NCBI GenBank assembly: GCA_037917685.1
Contig: JAVCBU010000022.1
Coordinates: 1-45,118 of the forward strand
Source: Thermoproteota archaeon
GTDB taxonomy: Archaea; Korarchaeota; Korarchaeia; Korarchaeales; JAOZGB01
Length of the DNA: 45,118 nucleotides
Reading direction: 5' to 3'
This document shows, piece by piece, positions 38,354 through 45,118 of this stretch (position 1 is its first letter; each line of letters begins with the position of its first letter). Both the position numbers and the translations under genes were made by a program. The notes below the pieces were generated by a model. That model had not been told where the DNA came from. It did not search any database and worked only from the letters and a program-made list of their open reading frames with translations.

Positions 38354-39148
38354 CTAGCTCCCCCGCCATCCCTCGTTAAGCTCGCCGAGAGCTTTAGAGA
38401 TCCTCTCAGCCAGCCTGTTGACTATCGCGTCGACCACCCTTTTCCCAAGTTCTCGGCTTGCAGCGCTCCTAGGATCCTCGTGTTCGATCCCGAGGAGATC
38501 GCCTAGCCTCTCCAGCTTCACTAGCTCTGGGAAGAGATACATCATGATAGAGGTCTCCCATTTGCCAGCGTGATCACCCCTGTAGCCTAAATCGAGGGCT
38601 AGCTCGTACTCAGCTATCCCTAACACCTTTATGGGCTTAGTACCCTTGGCCTGCACCGAGCGGGTGATGTCCTCGCATCTGGAGGCCACAGCTTTCACTG
38701 CGTACACCTGCTCCCGAGAGTAGTGCCCCGTAAAGAGCACTATTACCCTAAAGCCCTGCTTGGAGACCTTCCTAGCGATCTCACCTAAAAAGGCCAGGTA
38801 CTCTTCTAGTCCCACGTCTATGGTCCCATCGATCCTCCCGAGTGCCCTCAGCCTGACGCACTCCGTGCCGTAGTACAATGGAGGAAGCACGACTCCTCCC
38901 GTAATCCTTCTCGCCCTGCTGCATATGGCATATGCCTTTAGGCCGTCGGTTCCAACGGGCAAATGTTGCCCATGCCATTCGAGGCTTCCCAGAGGTAGGT
39001 ATGCGATCGGCCTACTTCGTACCTCCTCCTCCAGCTCTCTGAGCAGGAGAGACTCATACAAGACCTCCCACCTCGCGTCCCAGTGGTATAGTTCATACTT
39101 ACCTAATATTGTCAGCGGACATCCGTTTTCGTGCCTAGTAGATAGCAT
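38354..39148 (-). CDS. Creatininase/creatinine amidohydrolase-family protein
   Basis: PLGSLEWHGQHLPVGTD, TGH, DHAGKWETS. The start may be TTG 39061, after GGAGGT. Confidence 0.9.
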   Translation of the reverse strand: MLSTRHENGCPLTILGKYELYHWDARWEVLYESLLLRELEEEVRSRPIAYLPLGSLEWHGQHLPVGTDGLKAYAICSRARRITGGVVLPPLYYGTECVRLRALGRIDGTIDVGLEEYLAFLGEIARKVSKQGFRVIVLFTGHYSREQVYAVKAVASRCEDITRSVQAKGTKPIKVLGIAEYELALDLGYRGDHAGKWETSIMMYLFPELVKLERLGDLLGIEHEDPRSAASRELGKRVVDAIVNRLAERISKALGELNEGWRGS

Positions 39149-39175
39149 GCTACTTTAGTATTTTTAAAGCATCTT

Positions 39176-39660
39176 CTATATGAGAGTTACTTCTATGTCC
39201 GCTATTTTAGTTATCGTCCGGAAATCCTCGTCCTTTGTAATTATTTTGTTTACCCCGTCGGCCAGCATTATACCGCTTAACATCTAAAACACTAACGATC
39301 TCGCCTAGCTTCTCAAGCTTCATCCATATTTCGGAGGCCCTCCCAGCAACTAACAGGTTGAACGTATAAACCGTAGGTGTTAAATAGCTGGCTGAAGTAC
39401 GAAATTTCCCTTTTTGCCCATAAAGCGTCCTGTCCTGAAAATCTCAAAATGATATTGATAGGCATGCCCCCTCCTCGTCTATCAAATCCAAGTACTCCTT
39501 CACTCTACCAGGATTCCTAAACAGCTCGATGATGAAGGGGTGCCCAGCAAAATCATCGGCTCATCTTAATTTAACGCCACTTCTGAAATCAAGCCAAGTC
39601 TCTTCAAGATGCTCTAAAGCTTCACTATCCCCCAGCTTTCCAGCAAAGAATCTTATGCTA
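39176..39660 (-). pseudogene. Decayed VapBC pair
   Basis: An antitoxin-like tail (SIRFFAGKLGDSEALEHLEETWLDFRSGVKLR*) is followed by ATG 39556 MILLGT..., then broken frames and a PIN C-terminus GIMLADGVNKIITKDEDF...*. Confidence 0.7.
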
Positions 39661-39842
39661 ACTTTAGGCCCATGCGGGCATCTACCTTCTCGTTGCCCTT
39701 AGAGCCTCTACAAGCTTTCTCACACAACCTTCCATCTCTCCGTGTCACCACGCCTAAGAATCGCTATACACCTGCTCCTCCCCAATGCTGCAAGCAGAAG
39801 CTTATAGTGAAGATTATTAGCATGTAACAGGGTTAGATAAGC

Positions 39843-40472
39843 ATGGTCCTCCTGACGGGGTTTGGGCCGTTCAAGGATGTGAAAATTAACACGAGTTCTC
39901 TGATCGTCGAGAGGGTGGACGGCGGGACTGTGGCTGGATCAGCTATCAGGACTGCGATCCTACCCGTATCCTATAGGCGCGTCAAACCCTTGCTGGAGGA
40001 ACTAATTCGGGACGAGGGGGAGGCTGCAATCTTGACCGGCCTCGCCTCCACAGCACCGTGCATTAGGGTGGAGGCCGTGGCCCTAAACGTCGCGCACAGC
40101 ACTATTCCGGACAACGATGGTTACACGCCGTATAACAAACCCATATATCCGGGAGCGCCGCTGGCCCTAAAAACGAGGGTTTCCGTGGAGGAACTCGTAA
40201 ATAAGCTCCGAAGCGCAGGTATACCGGTCACCATCTCCTTCGATGGAGGAACGTACCTGTGCAACTATGCTTACTACATAGCTCTGTATAACGCTAGGTG
40301 CCCCGCGGTTTTCCTCCACGTGCCCAACGCCACAGAGGCGGTGATAGACGAGCCTAGCCATCCAAGCCTCCCCCTCGATATGCTCGTTCGAGCCGTAAAG
40401 ATCGTAGCCGAAGAGGTACTCAAGAGCTCCAGGCCCCACGAATGCCTTGCAGGGTCGGAGAAGGGCGGCTAG
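39843..40472 (+). CDS. pcp: Pyroglutamyl-peptidase I (C15)
   Basis: VLLTGFGPF, RVEAVALN (Glu), GTYLCN (Cys), FLHVP (His). Confidence 0.93.
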   Translation: MVLLTGFGPFKDVKINTSSLIVERVDGGTVAGSAIRTAILPVSYRRVKPLLEELIRDEGEAAILTGLASTAPCIRVEAVALNVAHSTIPDNDGYTPYNKPIYPGAPLALKTRVSVEELVNKLRSAGIPVTISFDGGTYLCNYAYYIALYNARCPAVFLHVPNATEAVIDEPSHPSLPLDMLVRAVKIVAEEVLKSSRPHECLAGSEKGG

Positions 40473-40629
40473 CTGAAGCTAAAGTAAGCAAATAACTTCT
40501 GGCCGAGAAAGAACTTAAGATCGACCTCCTAGTTCCTTGGAGCCATACAGCAGCTGGATCTTTGATCAATTTTCTTCAGTGCTCCGGCCAGCATACCACA
40601 TTATGGGCACCCTATTACCGTGGCTGGAG

Positions 40630-41961
40630 CTATGCCGTGAACCCAGCCTGCTTATTGACCCTCCGCCAATAGAGCAAGAATAGGGGATTAAGGCATACTC
40701 CCGGCTTAACTCTATTGGAGAGCTTCTCCTCTAAGGCCTCTGCCTTCTTGAATGCGCTCGTGCTCAGCTCTAGGAGAGAATTTTCGTCAAAGTCTCCCTC
40801 CAGGTATCTGGATCTAGCCTCCATAGCCCTCCTTTCTAGTTCCACCTCGATGGCCCTTATTTCCCTCATAAAACCCGGCGCATACCTTCGATAGCTACAT
40901 ACCATGCTCCTATACAGCCTCTCATGCCTCCACCACACCGTTCGTGGATCATACGTGCCCCCAGGCTTTGGCCCCAAATCTGGGAGCCCGGCCTCTATAA
41001 AGACAGGCTTGTAGATGCTTATGCAGGGGGTCGACGTTGCGGTAAACCAGTGTATCCCAACCTTGCCATAGAGGAGGCTAACCTGGGAGCCCACGGTCTG
41101 GCTGGGCCTCGTAAAGCCTCCGGCGTGCATGCAAACGTCCCTCATAGAGCCCCTAGGGGGCTCGAAGCCGGGGCCGCCGTGGTGGCTCCTCATGATTCTC
41201 ATCACGTATGCTAGATCTATGGAGCCAGCCCTCTCCTCCAGCATCCTCTGAGTGTACATCTGCCTCTCTCTGCCCCTGGCAATCCACGTGTAGAGCCTAT
41301 CCGAGTAGCATCTAGCAAAGCTGAAATCATCCTCCCCCCTACACCAACCCCTCTCGACCGCGTGGTCGATAACCTCTGGGTGAGCCAGATCCCATTCTCC
41401 GCTAATTGTTAGGGCATTCGATATACTCCCAGCGCCCCTAACCCTCCTAGCAACCCAGTATTCCCCGGCGGTCTCGAGAATCCATGCCTCCCTCGGATCC
41501 GCCATCAAGAAGCTGTTGTGGTAGTACATCTTGCGAGCATATCCGCAGTTACCTCCCTGGCCATAACTGGCCAGGAGCCCTACGATGAAGTTTACCGCCT
41601 CCCTGGCAGTCCGGCATCTCTCAAGGGCTAGCCTGAGCATGTCCATCCCCGTGAGCCCCGACTTCCTGTAAGGCTCTCTCGTGAACACAGCCTCGTTCCC
41701 TATGGCGAGGCCCCACTCGTTGACTCCCATCTCGGCTCCCCACATCCAGAAGGGCCTCGAGATAAGTACCGCGTAGGTCTCCTTAACCTGGGGCACCTCG
41801 ATGTAGGTGCACTTAACATATTCCTCATCATGCCTGAGCCGCGGGCGGAACTCGAGCACCTGTGCCTCGTTTGGCTCCCTATCGCTATTCTTAGCGAATA
41901 CCGTCACTCCGCCCCTGGTCGCTTCTGGTAATGCTACAACGGTATCGCACACATCCTTCAA
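40630..41961 (-). CDS. C69 dipeptidase/secernin-family Ntn hydrolase
   Basis: N-terminal CDT nucleophile, FAKNSDREPNEAQ, WGAEMGVNE, YHNSFL, VCMHAG, PCISIYKP. Confidence 0.9.
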   Translation of the reverse strand: MKDVCDTVVALPEATRGGVTVFAKNSDREPNEAQVLEFRPRLRHDEEYVKCTYIEVPQVKETYAVLISRPFWMWGAEMGVNEWGLAIGNEAVFTREPYRKSGLTGMDMLRLALERCRTAREAVNFIVGLLASYGQGGNCGYARKMYYHNSFLMADPREAWILETAGEYWVARRVRGAGSISNALTISGEWDLAHPEVIDHAVERGWCRGEDDFSFARCYSDRLYTWIARGRERQMYTQRMLEERAGSIDLAYVMRIMRSHHGGPGFEPPRGSMRDVCMHAGGFTRPSQTVGSQVSLLYGKVGIHWFTATSTPCISIYKPVFIEAGLPDLGPKPGGTYDPRTVWWRHERLYRSMVCSYRRYAPGFMREIRAIEVELERRAMEARSRYLEGDFDENSLLELSTSAFKKAEALEEKLSNRVKPGVCLNPLFLLYWRRVNKQAGFTA

Positions 41962-42063
41962 TACCGGTATGGACTAAAAATCTTTTAGATTTGTTGAGTG
42001 GAAAGGGGCGGGGCCAGGACACCGATAAGACTCAGTAATTTCCGAAAATATGGTCTCTGTCAT

Positions 42064-42363
42064 TTAAGGCTTCTGTGTTGCCCTCAATACCTCGACAAGC
42101 TTCTTTATGCAGCTCTCGACCCTATCAGGGTCGCCACACCTGAGAATAGTTAGGCCCGGCTTATCGCTGAACTCCAGAAGCAGCTTTTCAATCTCCGCCG
42201 GGCCCATCTGCAGTTTTACGCAAACTTCTAGTTCGCCTTTAGTAGCAACCAAGGTCACATCCTCCCCCTCTCGTCTAACCTCGACCCGGTATCCCTCCCC
42301 CCTCAAGGTTTCGTCGATCCTACCGATGATCTCCTCAAGCTTCGCGGCTTCCAACACACTCAC
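42064..42363 (-). CDS. Hypothetical protein, 99 aa
   Basis: Typical codon use and composition; fills the gap between same-strand genes; no family recognised. Confidence 0.6.
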   Translation of the reverse strand: MSVLEAAKLEEIIGRIDETLRGEGYRVEVRREGEDVTLVATKGELEVCVKLQMGPAEIEKLLLEFSDKPGLTILRCGDPDRVESCIKKLVEVLRATQKP

Positions 42364-42411
42364 CGATGTAAGGAAGTCGAAACCGGGTAAAAAACATATG
42401 CGCGAACGGGA

Positions 42412-43500
42412 CTATCGCTCTGTGGGGGGGCCGCTGTACGTTAGAAGGGGCAAGTACGTCGTTGCGAGTGACAGAACCATGGCGACAGGTATGGAAGCCG
42501 TCAAGGACGCCGTAGAGGCGATGCCCGCTACCACGGGGCCGGCCGCGTAGCCGAAGCCTATGAAGGACTCGAACAGGCCCGTGTATATCCCCCTCTTCTC
42601 CGGATTTGAGGAGAATGCTATTGAGAGGGCCTCACCGTATAGAGCTCCAGCCAGCAGGCCCAGCAGGGCGGATGAAAGTAGGACGCCCAGGGCATCCCTG
42701 AAGAAGGGGAGCAGGACGCCGAAGGCGAGGAGCGGTCCTAGATGATAGGAGGACCGGAGGGGCCTCGGCAGCCTATCCCTGAAGGAGAACATGATGGTTC
42801 TAGCGCACATCAGGGATAGGAAGCAGAGGGAAACGTACCAGATGGGCATGCCCTCCACCTCGACTATCACGGGGTAGAATGTGTAGACGGCCCCCTGCGA
42901 TGCGGCGTAAGAGAAGGCCCAGAGCCATGCTTTGGGAGCTCCAACTATACCCCTGCATACGTCCTTCAGGTCAGGCCCGCGATTAACTGTCGCTTTCGAA
43001 ATAAACGTTAAAGAGAACACTGCAAGGGAGGCAAAGGAGGCGGAGATTCCTGTGAATACCCCCGCCTTCGGAATCGGGAGTAGGGGGCTAACAAGGAGGG
43101 AGCCGAGTATCGAGCCGGAGCTCCACGCGGTCGAAAAGGCCGACACGGAGCCGCCCCCGTGCGAGATCAGGGACTCCATAGAGGGCCAGAAGGTGGCATA
43201 CGCTGCTAGTGAAAGGACGACAACGGCGATTAGCGACCAGAAATCCCTCGCAAAGTTTAGCAGAGAATACGAGAAGCCCAGGCCAGCGAGGGACAGGGTA
43301 ATCGCCCTCCTCTCCCCCACCCTGTTGGAGATGAAGCCCGTGAAGGGCGCTAAAAGTGCGTACATAAGAGCGCTCACTCCCCCTATGAGCCCTATCTCGT
43401 AGGGGCTCAAACCGATCTCCAGAGCATAGACTGAGATGAGGGGGATGTGCAGTATCTGGAGTATAGACGCAACGAGGCTCGTGGCGTAGGCCCTCAGCAT
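42412..43500 (-). CDS. MFS transporter
   Basis: About 12 TM segments, GFISNRVGERR motif A, RGIYTGLFESFIGFGYAAGP. Confidence 0.85.
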   Translation of the reverse strand: MLRAYATSLVASILQILHIPLISVYALEIGLSPYEIGLIGGVSALMYALLAPFTGFISNRVGERRAITLSLAGLGFSYSLLNFARDFWSLIAVVVLSLAAYATFWPSMESLISHGGGSVSAFSTAWSSGSILGSLLVSPLLPIPKAGVFTGISASFASLAVFSLTFISKATVNRGPDLKDVCRGIVGAPKAWLWAFSYAASQGAVYTFYPVIVEVEGMPIWYVSLCFLSLMCARTIMFSFRDRLPRPLRSSYHLGPLLAFGVLLPFFRDALGVLLSSALLGLLAGALYGEALSIAFSSNPEKRGIYTGLFESFIGFGYAAGPVVAGIASTASLTASIPVAMVLSLATTYLPLLTYSGPPTER

Positions 43501-43710
43501 CCCTTCCCACCAGGCTAGCCTTAAGCTACTACCACTCTTCTAAAATATTTTACTTCCCCATACTGGTGTGAGCCGCCCAAACAAGGGATCACGACTGGAC
43601 ATGGTGTGTGGAAGGCTTAGAATGCGTCCCCTCTAGTTTAGGTTCAAGAGGCCCAACCCCCAGCCATATCTAAGCCGTAGCACGGTCCAAGGAGTTAATA
43701 GATATTAAGG

Positions 43711-44108
43711 CTAGATATCTATCTCGTCTAGGGACGCGAAGTTCCTAAACTTTACCTGCTCGATCTCAGCTAGTTCGAGACACCTAGACCGGAGCTCCTC
43801 GGCTAGCCTCTCCGATTCGTAGAGCACCATCGGGTAGGGATACTTGTGCAACTCCGCAGGCCATGTCGAGGTTACATTCCTTACCGTTTCCAGTACGTTG
43901 CCCTAAGGCTCAAACTGTATGGTTATAGGGATGTCCCCTGTAAAACGAGGCACCTGGCTACCACGTACATGTCTATATTGGAGTGCTCCTCATCCTCTCC
44001 TCTAGCCACGGATCCGTATACCGCCACTAGGAGCGCCTCCCCAGGGGTATCCCCGACGATAACTTGCCCGATCTCCCCCGCTACCCCAACCTTTAACCTA
44101 CGGCGCAT
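43711..44108 (-). pseudogene. Decayed nucleotidyltransferase (MNT/KNTase-like)
   Basis: AVYGSVARGEDEEHSNIDM (first Asp of DxD is Asn) is followed by an early stop. A protein-like tail (MVLYESERLAEELRSRCLELAEIEQVKFRNFASLDEIDI*) lies downstream. Confidence 0.55.
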
Positions 44109-44115
44109 AACGCTG

Positions 44116-44168
44116 GAGGAGCCTTAAGCATATGCCTGAGGAGCCTTAAGCATATGCCTGAGGAGCCT
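44116..44168. repeat. 22-bp tandem repeat GAGGAGCCTTAAGCATATGCCT (2 full copies plus 9 bp)
   Basis: Copies at 44116-44137 and 44138-44159, partial at 44160-44168; no spacers. Confidence 0.9.
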
Positions 44169-44220
44169 CCTCAACGTATTAATTTAGAATTCTCTCGCGA
44201 TGGGCGAAGGGAAGCTCTCA

Positions 44221-45114
44221 TCACCGAGAGCCCTCGGTAAATCTCTTGTATCCTCTAGCCATTTCCCAGGAGGAGATGGTCACTGATGTGAGAATGAGCA
44301 AAGCGCCTATCGATTCGATCAGCCCCAGGTGCTCGCCCAGTACTACGAAGGAGAAAAAGGCCGCGAACATGGGCTCCATGGCGTAAATCAGTGATGCCTG
44401 TGTGGCGGTGGCGTACCTCTGGCCTAGTATCTGTAGTGCGCCGGTCAGCAGGGAGCACACGACGGCGAGATAAAGGAGTATGGGAAAAAGGATCCCCGTG
44501 GGCTCTGCGCTGCAGCTCTGCAACATTGGTAGGCTGAGAAGGGCGGTTACTGCGTACTGTACGAAGACCAGGTCTAAGATGCGGTACAGTCCCGCGAAGC
44601 TCGCGGTCGCCAAGACGTGTAGGGCCCAGAAGAACGCTCCCGCTAATACTATTAGGTCGCCGGCCCTAAGCACGTAGGATCCGCCGGCTATCAGGTAGGC
44701 CCCGGCAACGGATAAGATGACTGCCAGGGCGAGGCTGTAGCTACCCTTGGTCTTGCGTAGCAGAGTTTCGATGGCATAGACTATGGGTATGTAGAGGCTC
44801 GTCATGAAGCCCGCATTCGAGGCACTCGTGTACTCCATCCCGAGGCCCTGCAGCCATATGCCCGCGAAGTAGAGGAGGCCGAGGAGCCCTCCGGAGGCGA
44901 AGATGCCCCTAGCCTCGACCTTCCCGGAATAGACCCTATAAAGGAAGTAGGGTGTAAGTAGTATGGAGGCGAGGGCGAATCTGAGGGCGACGTAGGCCCC
45001 CGATCCTATGATGGAGACTACTATCTTGATGAGCGGGAAGGACGTCCCCCAGAAAAGGGATACTGATGTCAGTGACGCTAGGCCGATTGCGGCTCTCCGG
45101 TCGTGGCTACGCAT
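44221..45114 (-). CDS. EamA/DMT-family transporter
   Basis: FWGTSFPLIK, ALRF, YTSASNAGFMTSL, GD...A.FWA, QRY..AT.ASLIY..EP.FA; about 10 TM segments. Confidence 0.92.
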   Translation of the reverse strand: MRSHDRRAAIGLASLTSVSLFWGTSFPLIKIVVSIIGSGAYVALRFALASILLTPYFLYRVYSGKVEARGIFASGGLLGLLYFAGIWLQGLGMEYTSASNAGFMTSLYIPIVYAIETLLRKTKGSYSLALAVILSVAGAYLIAGGSYVLRAGDLIVLAGAFFWALHVLATASFAGLYRILDLVFVQYAVTALLSLPMLQSCSAEPTGILFPILLYLAVVCSLLTGALQILGQRYATATQASLIYAMEPMFAAFFSFVVLGEHLGLIESIGALLILTSVTISSWEMARGYKRFTEGSR

Positions 45115-45118
45115 AAGC

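Noticed and set aside
44116-44168. Possible mini CRISPR array
   Set aside because: The repeats are directly adjacent with no spacers, and there are no cas genes or leader.

Overview
This is a gene-dense window that looks archaeal: heavy AGG/ATA codon use, GGAGGT/GAGGTGA ribosome-binding sites, TATA-like boxes about 25 nt upstream of starts, and many PIN, HEPN and MNT genes. A thermophilic Thermoproteota-type lineage is plausible but is inference. I found no rRNA, tRNA, CRISPR array or transposase. (1) At 1-7961 a minus-strand operon has a 2195-aa protein that fuses a UDP-glucose/GDP-mannose (NDP-sugar) dehydrogenase core to a C-terminal ATP-grasp ligase. It is translationally coupled to a second ATP-grasp protein that is missing from the ORF track and runs off the left edge. 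(2) At 8-19 kb lie VapBC and HEPN-MNT pairs, a multidomain ADP-ribosylglycohydrolase, a NikR-like regulator divergent from a P1B metal ATPase, an MFS pump, an aldo/keto reductase that seems to start at ATC, and a URO-D-fold enzyme. (3) At about 18.9-31.4 kb an AT-richer block encodes a PA/M28-like plus FtsX permease fusion with a degenerate peptidase site, two OPT-superfamily membrane proteins, two more URO-D-fold enzymes and an inverted OPT remnant. (4) At 31-45 kb lie a frameshifted thioredoxin-CcdA gene, a wHTH-MNT/HEPN pair, several decayed TA genes, a HAD phosphatase, a metallophosphoesterase, an ArsR-led Cys-rich three-gene operon, creatininase-family, pyroglutamyl peptidase and C69 peptidase genes, and MFS and EamA transporters. 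The best candidates for undescribed systems are the dehydrogenase/ATP-grasp operon and the M28-FtsX/OPT/URO-D block. All family calls come from motif recognition by eye; no searches were run.
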